The notes under the pieces were generated by a model that made no database searches, had not been told where the DNA came from, and saw only the letters and a list, made by a program, of their open reading frames with translations. This document shows positions 1-9,051 of a stretch of 32,000 nucleotides of DNA, in pieces. The stretch is from an uncultured Candidatus Micrarchaeota archaeon (GTDB lineage Archaea; Micrarchaeota; Micrarchaeia; Burarchaeales; Fermentimicrarchaeaceae), in assembly GCA_963760615.1 (NCBI GenBank), contig CAVXDX010000005.1, positions 10,473 through 42,472 of the forward strand, read 5' to 3'. The translations under genes and the position numbers were made by a program. Each line of letters begins with the position of its first letter. Within the stretch, counting starts at the first letter, position 1.

Positions 1-1395
1 GGATGAGCCGTCTCCCATCACCGCCAGCCCATTCACCTTGCCCACCGCATACCCCCTGTTCACGAATACCTTGTAATCCTTTCTCAAATCAATGACCTGC
101 TGCGAGACCTGCTGCTCAAGGGTTCGGGCAACCCCCTTCGCAGTAAGCACATGCTTCAGCTCAACAAGCTTTGCCACCTCCTCAACTGCAACGTCTCCCG
201 CAGCCCTCACAATCCCTCCTAACTCTCTGAACCTCAGGCTCAGTCTCTTCTTCCTGCCCGCCCTCTTCCTTGCTTCCTCAATGATTTCTTCAACAGCCTC
301 CTTTGTGAAGTGGGGTATCTTCCCGTCCTTCTGAACCTCCTGGGCGACGAACCTCACGAGCTTGTTCCTGTTCTCCTCATTGTCAGGCATTGTGTCGTCC
401 ATGTATATCTCGTAACCATAACCGCGTATTCTTGAGCGCAGTGCCGGGTGCATCTTCTGGATGTCTATAAGATTCCCAGCTGCAACGAGCACGAAATCCG
501 CCGGGACAGGCTCAGTCTTCACAATTGCCCCACTGCTCAGCTCGCTCTGCCCTGTTATTGGGTACTTCTTCTCCTGCATTGCGGTGAGCAAGTCCTGCTG
601 CGACTTCGGCACAAGTGAGGAAACCTCATCCAAGAATAAAACTCCCTTGTTGCTCCTGTGAATTGCGCCTGCTTCCACTCTAAGATGCGCGGGTGTGCCA
701 AGTCCCCCCGACTGCAAGGGATCATGCCGGACGTCTCCAAACAATGCTCCTGCCTTCGCGCCTGTTGCATCAACAAACGGCGCTGCCTTCTTCCCTGAGT
801 TATCAACAATGAGCTTTGGCTCGTTGCTCTCGAACCCGCCGACTCTTCTGGATACTCCAGAAGCAAGAACCATTGCAGCGCCAAACACGAATAAACCGAG
901 AACTGCTGCAGCTATCACCCATTTGTTGTCACCCTGCACAAAACCTGAGAAGGAAAGGTACAGCAGTGCCAGGACGAGCACGAGCAGCATGAGGAAGGAT
1001 GGAGAGAAACCACCGCCTCCGCCCATCCTCTTCATTCTAACCTCCTCAATAATCCTCCTCCCCTCCCCTATTTCCGGAGCCCCTTTCGGCAGCTTCCTGT
1101 CCTTTGGGTACGTCTTGACAACCCTCACAAGCGGCATATTCTCGTCAAGGGGGTTGGGATAGATGAGCACATCCTCTAGCTCCTCAGCAGGCATCAGCTC
1201 TGCCATTGCTTGAGCCAGCATTGACTTTCCAGTCCCCGGCGACCCCATGAGCAGTATGTTCCTTCTCTGCTTGGCTGCCTTCTTTATTATGTTCACTGCC
1301 CTGTCCTGCCCTATTACCTGGTCGACCAGCTTCGTAGGAACCTCTATCTCCCCGGTATTTCTATACTTCAACTCAGATTTAGCCAACTTAGCCAT
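1..1395 (-). CDS. lonB: Archaeal membrane-bound Lon protease (LonB), N-terminal AAA+ portion; the 3' end of the gene lies beyond the left window edge
   Basis: My own reverse-strand translation from ATG at 1395 stays open to base 1: [31 protein letters not shown]... It has Walker A GSPGTGKS. Two hydrophobic helices ([33 protein letters not shown]) are inserted in the ATPase module. Also present are [25 protein letters not shown] and [17 protein letters not shown], all typical LonB signatures. It is absent from the ORF track because no stop codon falls in the window. Confidence 0.9.
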   Translation of the reverse strand, partial: MAKLAKSELKYRNTGEIEVPTKLVDQVIGQDRAVNIIKKAAKQRRNILLMGSPGTGKSMLAQAMAELMPAEELEDVLIYPNPLDENMPLVRVVKTYPKDRKLPKGAPEIGEGRRIIEEVRMKRMGGGGGFSPSFLMLLVLVLALLYLSFSGFVQGDNKWVIAAAVLGLFVFGAAMVLASGVSRRVGGFESNEPKLIVDNSGKKAAPFVDATGAKAGALFGDVRHDPLQSGGLGTPAHLRVEAGAIHRSNKGVLFLDEVSSLVPKSQQDLLTAMQEKKYPITGQSELSSGAIVKTEPVPADFVLVAAGNLIDIQKMHPALRSRIRGYGYEIYMDDTMPDNEENRNKLVRFVAQEVQKDGKIPHFTKEAVEEIIEEARKRAGRKKRLSLRFRELGGIVRAAGDVAVEEVAKLVELKHVLTAKGVARTLEQQVSQQVIDLRKDYKVFVNRGYAVGKVNGLAVMGDGSS

Positions 1396-1464
1396 TTCGT
1401 CCACTCTAAATGTATTTCTTCAGAAGCTTATTTATTGTTAATGCAGCATCTCTTGAGTAAACGC

Positions 1465-1480
1465 TAATAATTTTAATATA
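1465..1480 (+). promoter_or_regulatory. TATA-like box in the divergent lonB / aminotransferase spacer
   Basis: taataattttaatata lies about 25-40 nt upstream of the GTG1502/ATG1508 start. Assigned by position and AT-richness only. Confidence 0.3.
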
Positions 1481-1501
1481 TTCCATTACTAACTAAAGCA
1501 G

Positions 1502-2728
1502 GTGAATATGCCATTCGCAAACAACACCCTCTCACAGAGGATGGAGCATGCCTACTACCCAATACGGGAGCTCTTCCCCCTCTCTGAGGAAATAAGGAAA
1601 ACAGGTGCAGAGGTATACAACGCCAGCATAGGCGACCCTGTTCCATACCTCGGCCCTGCCAAGTATGTTATGAAAGCATATTGCAAAGCACTGAAGGAAG
1701 GCAAGGTCTACTACTCCCGCTCGCCCGGGGACTTTGAGTTCCTTGATGAGATTGCGGGGAGGTATAAGAGGTTGTACAACCTCGATATTGACTCATCAAA
1801 AATATTCGTCACTCAGGGCCTGAGCGAGGCTCTGATGTTCCTTGCAGAGTCTCTCATGGAAAAGGGGCGAGGAGCAGTTCTTTTCACCCCCTACTACCCA
1901 GTGTATGCCCCAACAGTGAAACTGTTTGATGGAACAGTGGTGCTCAGCGAGCTGAGTGAGGAGCAGGGCTGGATTCCTTCAAAGGAGGATTTGGAGGAGA
2001 AGATAAGGAAAGCAAAAGACGCAGGAGTGGATGTGAAGTTCATACTCATAACCAACCCCAACAACCCAACAGGCTCAATGTGCAGCAGGAAAGATTTGCA
2101 GTATGTTGTGGAAGTTGCCAAGGATAACGATTTGCTCATCATCTCGGATGAAATCTATGATGAGATGATTCTTGTTAGGGAGAAGATGACGTGCATTGGA
2201 GAGGTTGCGAAAGGAGTGCCCCATGTCATAATGAATGGTTTGTCAAAGAACTGGGGGGGCACCGGGTTGAGGGTTGGCTGGGTTGCCATACCAGAGGATG
2301 ACGAGGGTTCAAAGAAGCTGCGGGAAGGCTTCGGCAATCTTCTGACAATGAGGCTGTGCGCCAGCACGCCTGCTCAGATTGCAGGCATTGAGGCGCTCAG
2401 GAATGTCAAGGCGCACAAAAGATTCCTGAGATATCTTATAAAGAACATAAGGGAAAGAGCAGAGTTCATGCAGAAGCGGTTGAATGAGATTCAAGGAGTG
2501 AGCTGCCAGAAGGCAAAAGGAGCTTTCTACCTCTTCCCGAAGCTTGACTTGGAAAGAACAAAATTCAAGAACGACAAGGAGTTCTACACAGAGCTGCTTA
2601 GAAAAGAGCATGTGTGGGTCACAAGGGGAAGCGGCTTCGGGCTCGACTCTCACCTGAGGATAACCGCCCTGCCCCCAGTTGAGATCCTTGGAAAGGTCGC
2701 ACAGGGAATTGAGAATTTGATGAGGTGA
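1502..2728 (+). CDS. Class I/II PLP-dependent aminotransferase (aspartate/alanine aminotransferase-like)
   Basis: 408-aa ORF. It has the fold-type I pattern NPNNPTG, the SDEIYDE motif and the PLP-lysine motif LSKNWGGTGLRVGW. The start may be GTG 1502 or ATG 1508. Confidence 0.9.
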   Translation: MNMPFANNTLSQRMEHAYYPIRELFPLSEEIRKTGAEVYNASIGDPVPYLGPAKYVMKAYCKALKEGKVYYSRSPGDFEFLDEIAGRYKRLYNLDIDSSKIFVTQGLSEALMFLAESLMEKGRGAVLFTPYYPVYAPTVKLFDGTVVLSELSEEQGWIPSKEDLEEKIRKAKDAGVDVKFILITNPNNPTGSMCSRKDLQYVVEVAKDNDLLIISDEIYDEMILVREKMTCIGEVAKGVPHVIMNGLSKNWGGTGLRVGWVAIPEDDEGSKKLREGFGNLLTMRLCASTPAQIAGIEALRNVKAHKRFLRYLIKNIRERAEFMQKRLNEIQGVSCQKAKGAFYLFPKLDLERTKFKNDKEFYTELLRKEHVWVTRGSGFGLDSHLRITALPPVEILGKVAQGIENLMR

Positions 2729-2732
2729 TGAA

Positions 2733-2996
2733 ATGCTGCCGAAAATCTCAAAGGTTGCATTGAAACAGGGTAAAATTGACATAAAGGTGATGCGCTCAGG
2801 CACATTGCAGTTCCAGGAGTTTGTTGTCAAGAGGCTGCCACTGCCAATCGGCCAATACCCTGTGCTTTTTATTGACAAGTTCATTGACATGAGCGAACTT
2901 CTCAGGCTGGCTGAGGAGTGCCAGCTTCCAGTTTCAGCAAAGAACGGGACGGCCTTCCCGAGAGGAAAGACCTCAAAGGATTTTGTCGGACTCTAG
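2733..2996 (+). CDS. Hypothetical small protein (87 aa), tightly coupled to the aminotransferase
   Basis: The ATG lies 4 nt after the aminotransferase stop (tgatgaaATG). Composition is K/E/L-rich like the neighbouring genes. The ORF exactly fills the gap to the convergent gene. I recognise no motif; at most a faint L7Ae/L30e-like look (ALKQGKIDIKV ... LLRLAEECQLPV), which I do not trust. Confidence 0.4.
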   Translation: MLPKISKVALKQGKIDIKVMRSGTLQFQEFVVKRLPLPIGQYPVLFIDKFIDMSELLRLAEECQLPVSAKNGTAFPRGKTSKDFVGL

Positions 2997-3000
2997 CATA

Positions 3001-3960
3001 TTAGTCCCATTTTGCAACCCACTCAACTGCTGCTTCTCCTCCCAAGAACTTATTAAATCTGTGAATCACTACGCCAGGGTGAATGATTACGGGAACTGTT
3101 TCATCCGGACCAGCTATACTAATCTCCCACACTTTTCCAGTTCTATCGATGTAATGCCTAGCCGTAAATTCTCCCTTATATCCTTTTATGCCCTCCTTTA
3201 ATTCGAACGTCTCCTCATCTTTAAAAGTTTTAATTGATCTCACGGCCTTTCCGCTCTCAATCCGCCCTTGCATCTTTTCCCTGTAGTTCCACATATCAAT
3301 TTCAACCCCCTCTGCCCATGGCGGCTTGTTAATTCTTAGTGATTTCAACCTTGCTTCTCTTCTTCCGACGAGTCTGTAAGTTATGTCAGTTGAGCTGTGC
3401 GCTCCCTCGCTCTCATATCTTAGTGTGAATCTTCCCTCTCCATCATGGCGTATAGACAATTTCCTCTTCTCCTCGTTCTCAAATATCCCCCCGATCCAGG
3501 CATCTCCTTCTAACCGCATTCTCATCTTCCCAAACGATGGCTGCTCGACTATCCTCATTTTGAAATCAGGGATTTTCTCCACAATTTTTCCCAGTTCTAC
3601 ACAAAACTCCTCTTCAGGCTCTGCGCATGTTGCGTTGCAATGTGTTACCGCAGGATGATCGAACCAGACACTCTTGAAAATTTTCATTTTTTCATTTCGT
3701 ATAATTCCCTCTTTCTGGATAACAATACCCACTACACGTGCGTAGTTCTCGCCATACTTCTCAAGTGCAAGGGTGAGAGATTTGCCTCCCTCAAAGAATG
3801 TGCTGCCTAGGTATTTTTTTGGGATTCTGTTCATAATGTCGTCATACTTTTCATTATCCAACTCAAACCCCTTCCTAAGCCTAACCTCGTCGTAATCCTT
3901 CTTGGCTATCTCCCTCGTCTCTACCTCAAATTCTCTTTGGATGGTCTTCAGCATCACCAT
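3001..3960 (-). CDS. Hypothetical protein, 320 aa, no recognisable domain
   Basis: The track ORF 3001..4236 is trimmed to Met93 (MVMLKTIQREFEVE..., ATG at 3960). The upstream 92 codons are low-complexity and overlap the helicase gene and the promoter spacer. The remaining sequence is globular and E/K-rich, with no motif I can name. Confidence 0.6.
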   Translation of the reverse strand: MVMLKTIQREFEVETREIAKKDYDEVRLRKGFELDNEKYDDIMNRIPKKYLGSTFFEGGKSLTLALEKYGENYARVVGIVIQKEGIIRNEKMKIFKSVWFDHPAVTHCNATCAEPEEEFCVELGKIVEKIPDFKMRIVEQPSFGKMRMRLEGDAWIGGIFENEEKRKLSIRHDGEGRFTLRYESEGAHSSTDITYRLVGRREARLKSLRINKPPWAEGVEIDMWNYREKMQGRIESGKAVRSIKTFKDEETFELKEGIKGYKGEFTARHYIDRTGKVWEISIAGPDETVPVIIHPGVVIHRFNKFLGGEAAVEWVAKWD

Positions 3961-3974
3961 GGGTGAATTATGCC

Positions 3975-3990
3975 ATTTATAGTATTTAAA
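3975..3990. promoter_or_regulatory. AT-rich TATA-like element in the 73-nt divergent spacer between the 320-aa ORF and the helicase
   Basis: atttatagtatttaaa lies about 20-25 nt from ATG 3960 (minus strand) and about 50 nt from ATG 4034 (plus strand). Confidence 0.3.
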
Positions 3991-4033
3991 CTTAAACGAA
4001 GCCTGTTTATTGTTTTCCTGCAAAATATAACTG

Positions 4034-6217
4034 ATGCTTTCCCTAGACGCTGAGTTGAAGGAGTTTCTTGAGAAAGGGGACTCCGCCCATTTCGGGGAGG
4101 TTGAACTTTCAAAAGAGATAGCAGGAGTGCTGCAAGCAAGGGGAATTGAAAAGCTGTACAAGCACCAGGCAGAAGGGATAAGGAAGGTGAGGAAAGGGAA
4201 GAATGTCGTTGTGACTGCACCAACTGCTTCAGGCAAGAGTGAAATTTACCTCATCCCAATAATTGAAGCTGCTTTGGAAGGGCAGAGAAGTATTGTTGTT
4301 TATCCAACCAAAGCGCTTTCCAGAGACCAGCTCGCACGCTTCCGTGAATTTGCTTTGCTCGGAGTGAAGAGCGAAGTATACGATGGCGACACTTCCTCAA
4401 GCATGCGTGAGAAGATTAGAAAGGAATTGCCCCACGTGCTCATAACGAACATGGACATGCTGCACTTCATCCTTCTGAACTCCCATCTTTTCAGGAAGTT
4501 CCTCTCTTCTTTGAAATATGTCGTTATAGATGAAATCCACACCTACACAGGCACATTCGGGAGCCACTCCTCAAACATAATAAAAAGGCTGAGAAGAGTG
4601 CATTCAAAATACTCAAAGAGGCAGCTGCAGTTCATCTGCTGCTCCGCAACAGTTGGAAATGCTCTTGACTTCGCAGAGCAGCTTGTTGGCTTGCCATTCT
4701 CCCTGGTTGACGCCCGCCATGCTCCAAGAAGCACAGTCCAGCACATCCTGCTCAACCCGAATCAGACAGCTGAGGGAAGGGAGAGCTACACCGCACTTGC
4801 ATTGAAGGCTGCAAGGCAGCTCATGGGAGGAGGGCGGAAGCTGCTCATCTTCGGCAACAGCCACTCGGTTGTTGAGAGAATAGGCATCATTGCAAGGGAA
4901 ACCAACCTGCACGGAATCAAAATCTACCGGGCAGGTTTGGACAGAGAGGAGAGAAAGCGTCTGGAGCAGGAGTTCAAGTCAGGCGCAACCGATGCGCTTG
5001 TCACAACTTCTGCTTTGGAGCTTGGCATGGACATAGGTGCAGTTGATTCCGTAATCCTTGCAGGCTTTCCCGGGACTGTCACACGCGTCAGGCAAAGGAT
5101 TGGCAGGGCAGGGAGGAGGGGAAAGGAGGCAAACGCAGTTTTCATCGCTCGCGACAACCCACTTGACCAGTACTACTTTGAAAACCCGAATGAATATCTG
5201 AAAGGAGAGCCTGAGAGCTGCTATGTGAACCCGCAGAATGAATTCATCCTGAAGCCTCACCTGCTTTCCATGATGAGAGATTACCCTGCTGACATGAAGG
5301 AGATTGTTGCATTTCCAATGGGCGAGCAGCTCTTCTCCCAGTTAAGAGAGGAGGAATTGTGCAAGGAGTTCGCAGGAGGCTGGATTCCCACAAAGAAGGC
5401 CCTGCGGCAAATGAGGCAGATGAGCATACGCAGTGCAGGAGAATCCATACGCATATACGATTCAGAGAAAGAAAAATTCATAGGGGAGAGGGAGGAGGCA
5501 ATGGCATACAGCGAGCTCTTTCCCGGAGCCATTTACTTGCACGGAGGGGAGAAGTTCATTTCCGAAAAATTGGACTTGGGAAAGAAGACCGCGTTTGTGA
5601 GAAAGCTGGGTCATGAGATTTCCGAATACACGGTTGCATTGCGCAACCGAGAGGCAGAGGTTACCGAGCTGCTCGGCGAAAGGAATTCTTTGGGAGGGCA
5701 GCTCTCATACGGAAAAGTGCACATCTCGGATGAGGTATACGGGTATATGCTGAAGGATTATTTTCATGAAACAATAAGCAGGCGTGCCCTTCTTGACGAG
5801 CCTCTGCAGTACGAGTTTGACAGCACTGCAGTTTGGTTTGACTTTCCCGAGGAGGTTGTCTTCAGCACTGAAGATTTTCCTTTTGGCCTGCATGCGGTTG
5901 AGCACGTCTCCATAGCAATGATGCCTGCTTTAACTGGAGCTGACCCTTCTGAAATCGGGGGAGTGAGCTACCCTGCCGGGAGGATGTATATATACGACTC
6001 AACTCCTCACGGTGCTGGCTTGTCAAAAATCATCTTCGAGAAATTTGAAAGTGTGGAGCACATGGCCCTTTCCCGCTTGAGAAACTGCAGATGCGCCAGG
6101 GGCTGCCCTTCCTGCATACTGGATCCACAGTGCGGGAACAACAACAGGCATCTTGACAAGAAGGCGGCAATTGACATTCTGGAGAAGATGAAGAAGGTGA
6201 TAGATAAGAGGAAGTGA
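4034..6217 (+). CDS. DEAD/DEAH-box (DEXH) superfamily-2 helicase with a C-terminal DUF1998 (MrfA-type Zn-binding) domain; MrfA/YprA-like
   Basis: 727 aa. Motif I is TAPTASGKS, motif II VVIDEIHTY, motif III CCSATVGN and motif VI QRIGRAGRRG. The C-terminus RNCRCARGCPSCILDPQCGNNNRHLDK carries the four-Cys cluster characteristic of DUF1998. Confidence 0.9.
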   Translation: MLSLDAELKEFLEKGDSAHFGEVELSKEIAGVLQARGIEKLYKHQAEGIRKVRKGKNVVVTAPTASGKSEIYLIPIIEAALEGQRSIVVYPTKALSRDQLARFREFALLGVKSEVYDGDTSSSMREKIRKELPHVLITNMDMLHFILLNSHLFRKFLSSLKYVVIDEIHTYTGTFGSHSSNIIKRLRRVHSKYSKRQLQFICCSATVGNALDFAEQLVGLPFSLVDARHAPRSTVQHILLNPNQTAEGRESYTALALKAARQLMGGGRKLLIFGNSHSVVERIGIIARETNLHGIKIYRAGLDREERKRLEQEFKSGATDALVTTSALELGMDIGAVDSVILAGFPGTVTRVRQRIGRAGRRGKEANAVFIARDNPLDQYYFENPNEYLKGEPESCYVNPQNEFILKPHLLSMMRDYPADMKEIVAFPMGEQLFSQLREEELCKEFAGGWIPTKKALRQMRQMSIRSAGESIRIYDSEKEKFIGEREEAMAYSELFPGAIYLHGGEKFISEKLDLGKKTAFVRKLGHEISEYTVALRNREAEVTELLGERNSLGGQLSYGKVHISDEVYGYMLKDYFHETISRRALLDEPLQYEFDSTAVWFDFPEEVVFSTEDFPFGLHAVEHVSIAMMPALTGADPSEIGGVSYPAGRMYIYDSTPHGAGLSKIIFEKFESVEHMALSRLRNCRCARGCPSCILDPQCGNNNRHLDKKAAIDILEKMKKVIDKRK

Positions 6218-6221
6218 ATGC

Positions 6222-6617
6222 CTATTTCCTCTTCTTCCTCTCGCTTCTGAGCCCAACCCAGATGCCGTTCGGGTCCTTCACATACCCCATGGTCATGCCG
6301 TCATGCTCCCAGAGTTCAGTGGCGGCAGGTGCCCCCCGTGCAACAAGCTTCTCATACAGCTTCTTTGCATCATCCACTTCAAACATCAGGTGATCCAGCT
6401 CGCTCCCATTCTCCTTGTAAGGAGTATACCACATGCAGTTCTTTGCGAAATACATAAGGTTGATGCGCTGCTTGCTGCCCTTGCTGAGGAGCATCACAAT
6501 CTTCTCTCCCGGAACCCAGCTCTTCCTCCCAATGACTTTCATGCCAAGATATTTCGTGTAGAACTCCACGGATTTCTTCAAATCCTTAACTCTGATACTT
6601 GTGTAACTCAATTCCAT
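6222..6617 (-). CDS. VOC/glyoxalase I family protein (lactoylglutathione lyase-like)
   Basis: 131 aa. The N-terminus HTSIRVKDLKKSVEFYTKYLGMKV, followed by DHLMFEVDD and GYVKDPNGIWV, is the typical paired beta-alpha-beta-beta-beta VOC pattern. Confidence 0.85.
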   Translation of the reverse strand: MELSYTSIRVKDLKKSVEFYTKYLGMKVIGRKSWVPGEKIVMLLSKGSKQRINLMYFAKNCMWYTPYKENGSELDHLMFEVDDAKKLYEKLVARGAPAATELWEHDGMTMGYVKDPNGIWVGLRSERKKRK

Positions 6618-6668
6618 ACAATCACCGCGTATTAATTAGAAATAAGCTCTTTTATTCCTTATCACAAC

Positions 6669-7673
6669 TTATCCGAAAAAGCCTGGCCAGGGCGGGTCAG
6701 GTTCATGTCCTCCAACATCAAAATTAAATTTTTTGTCTAATGTGGCGGCTTTGCCGGGTCTGAATTTCTTTGCCTTTTTCATCTCCTCAAGAACCTCCTC
6801 AATCATGGATTTGCCCTCCTCCTTCCCCTGGACTCTCATGAGCTGTTCCAGGCTCGAATAGAGCAGCTGTTCGTACAGTGCGACTGTCTCGTCTATGTCG
6901 CTTCCGGTTTTTCTCAGCGCTGCGTGAATAAACTCGGGTTTTTGTACATCAGCACCGTAATTCCTCCAGATTGGAATGAGCTTTTCATCATACTTTCTGA
7001 TTTGAAACTCCTCAACCCTCAGCGGAAGACCTTCCACAACTTTCTCGAATGACTCTCTATCAAAGGTTTTTTTACTGCGTTCCTTTTTATCAGAAGATTT
7101 TTTACTTGGTTCTCTATATGGTACTCCCCATACAATCACTCCATCATCCTTCAGCACCCTTACTGCCTCTAGCAGATTCAGTTTTCCTATTGAATCGACA
7201 GCAAGAACAAGCATCTCAAGCATCTGGTCTCTGTGCTCCTCCATCCCCTTAGCCTTCATGCCGCCCACGTACATCTCCACGCTTATTAGCGGGATGGGGA
7301 GGTTGTTCATAAACAGTATATCATAAGTTTTATCTTCAGCCTTGAGGTGCATAGAATCGCAAACAACTTTGTTCTTTCCCTTCCCCATCGCCTTCATGCT
7401 TATGTCAAACACATCAATTTCAACGCAGTCAGCCTTATCCCCTAAACTTCTCCTAACGGAATCTCCTTGCCTCCCACTTCCACCTGCAATATCACCAATC
7501 TTCAGTTTATTGCCGCTCTTGACCAGCTTTTTAACTCCAGAAAGCTCAGTTTGCCTGTCATAGAACTCTCTCATTTCATCAATATTAGAAACCTTATGAA
7601 AGTCGCTGCCCTTGAGATACATTTCCTGTGCCATCTTCACTATATCCTCAGGCTGCGCTACTTTCTGAACCAT
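6669..7673 (-). CDS. Putative class I SAM-dependent methyltransferase-like protein with an uncharacterised C-terminal extension of about 140 aa
   Basis: 334 aa. It has a motif I-like IGDIAGGSG, an acidic beta2 end (EIDVFDIS) and a post-motif LEAVRVLKDDGVIVW. The C-terminal third is K/E-rich with no recognisable motif. Confidence 0.6.
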   Translation of the reverse strand: MVQKVAQPEDIVKMAQEMYLKGSDFHKVSNIDEMREFYDRQTELSGVKKLVKSGNKLKIGDIAGGSGRQGDSVRRSLGDKADCVEIDVFDISMKAMGKGKNKVVCDSMHLKAEDKTYDILFMNNLPIPLISVEMYVGGMKAKGMEEHRDQMLEMLVLAVDSIGKLNLLEAVRVLKDDGVIVWGVPYREPSKKSSDKKERSKKTFDRESFEKVVEGLPLRVEEFQIRKYDEKLIPIWRNYGADVQKPEFIHAALRKTGSDIDETVALYEQLLYSSLEQLMRVQGKEEGKSMIEEVLEEMKKAKKFRPGKAATLDKKFNFDVGGHEPDPPWPGFFG

Positions 7674-7733
7674 AATTAAATTATGCCGTTTCGAGTATTA
7701 ATTCGTTACTCTAGCTAAGAACAGAAAACCAAG

Positions 7734-7743
7734 TATTTATATA
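7734..7743 (+). promoter_or_regulatory. TATA-like box for the permease gene (probably leaderless mRNA)
   Basis: tatttatata is centred about 27 nt upstream of ATG 7765. Confidence 0.35.
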
Positions 7744-7764
7744 CTCGCCGTTATACCAAAACAT

Positions 7765-9051
7765 ATGGCGAACCAGCGGCTTAAGAGAACCCTCACCCTA
7801 TTTGATGCAGTATCCCTCGGCCTGGGCGTCATCATAGGCGCAGGAATATTCGTTGTAGTGGGCACTGCAGCAGGGGTCGCAGGCCCAGGAGTCATATTCT
7901 CCATAATCCTGGCTGGAATCGTCTCACTGTTCACCGCCTTGAGCTTTGCCGAGCTCTGTTCCGCCATACCTGAAGAGGGAGGAGCATATGAGTATGTGTA
8001 CAAGATTGTCTCTCCCTTTCTCGGCTTCATGACGGGCTGGATGCTCATACTGGGCAGCATCGTTGCAGGCGCTGCAGTGAGCCTCAGCCTGGCGTACTAC
8101 CTGGCTTTTCTCATGTCCTTCCCTCCCAACCTGCTTGCAGTGGGCGCCTGCCTGTTTTTCACAGTAATCAATCTCATAGGGGCAAGGCAGTCAAAGGCAA
8201 TAAACGACGTGCTTGTCATCCTGAAGATTCTGATGCTTCTGCTGTTCGTCATGTTGGGAATACCCCACATACAGTTTTCGAATTTTCAGCCGCTGCTGCC
8301 GAACGGCCTGTCTGGTCTCATTGAAGGAGCGGCCATAATGATGTTCGCATACCTCGGATACTGCGATGTAACGGTAATCGCGGAAGAAGTGAAGTGCCCG
8401 CAGAAAACGCTTCCGCTCTCAACACTCCTTTCGCTGACAATATCTGCGGTTCTGTACCTGCTGGTTGCCTTCACGGCAGTTGGGGTAATCAACTACAAAA
8501 CACTATCCCTCTCAGGCTCCCCACTTGCAGACGTGATGGAAGCGACTGGCAACGGCATGGCTGCCTGGGTTGTATCCCTCGGTGCAATCTTTGCGACTGC
8601 AACTGTGCTGTATGCCCTCATCCTTTCTGTTTCAAGGATAATATACTCCATGTCCATGAACCACCAAATTCCAAGATTCATACACCGCATCCACCCGCAG
8701 TTTGGCACTCCATACGTTTCAATACTGCTCGCAGGAGTCATAATGGCCGTGTTTGCCCTTGTGGTTAACTTGAAATATGTCGTCTCCCTTGCAACCACCC
8801 TAATAATACTGAGTCACCTGCTAGTGAACTATGCCGCAATTGCAATAAACCGCAGGACAAGGCCCCCATTCAAGATACCTTTCTACCCAATTCCCCCCAT
8901 ACTGGGAATAATAACATTTGCAGCACTGTCTCTATACCTGCTTCAGGATGTTTGGCAGGCAATGGTTGTCGCCCTGCTGGCAGGCGTAATACTATACTAC
9001 ATCGATAAGGAACTGCTTCAGAGAACCCGCAAGGAGAGGAAGCGCCGCTAG
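7765..9051 (+). CDS. APC-superfamily amino acid (or polyamine) permease
   Basis: 428 aa with about 12 hydrophobic segments. The N-terminal signature is LTLFDAVSLGLGVIIGAGIFVVVG ... ELCSAIPEEGGAYEYV. Confidence 0.9.
   Translation: MANQRLKRTLTLFDAVSLGLGVIIGAGIFVVVGTAAGVAGPGVIFSIILAGIVSLFTALSFAELCSAIPEEGGAYEYVYKIVSPFLGFMTGWMLILGSIVAGAAVSLSLAYYLAFLMSFPPNLLAVGACLFFTVINLIGARQSKAINDVLVILKILMLLLFVMLGIPHIQFSNFQPLLPNGLSGLIEGAAIMMFAYLGYCDVTVIAEEVKCPQKTLPLSTLLSLTISAVLYLLVAFTAVGVINYKTLSLSGSPLADVMEATGNGMAAWVVSLGAIFATATVLYALILSVSRIIYSMSMNHQIPRFIHRIHPQFGTPYVSILLAGVIMAVFALVVNLKYVVSLATTLIILSHLLVNYAAIAINRRTRPPFKIPFYPIPPILGIITFAALSLYLLQDVWQAMVVALLAGVILYYIDKELLQRTRKERKRR

Noticed and set aside
555-1162. ORFs of 109 aa (minus strand) and 155 aa (plus strand), plus smaller ones, inside the first 1.4 kb
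   Set aside because: All are alternative-frame or antisense shadows of the lonB coding sequence, which is open from 1395 to the window edge and has unmistakable LonB motifs.
2724-2800. A GTGATGA (C-box-like) sequence at the aminotransferase stop, raising the possibility of a C/D box sRNA
   Set aside because: There is no matching CTGA D or D' box at the required spacing and no terminal stem. The sequence is explained by the stop/start junction tgatgaaATG of two coupled genes.
3961-4236. An N-terminal extension (92 aa) of the 411-aa minus-strand ORF 3001..4236
   Set aside because: The extension is low-complexity (Ser/Phe/Pro/Thr-rich). It overlaps the 5' end of the well-supported helicase gene and the AT-rich promoter spacer. 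The internal ATG at 3960 gives a sensible gene boundary.
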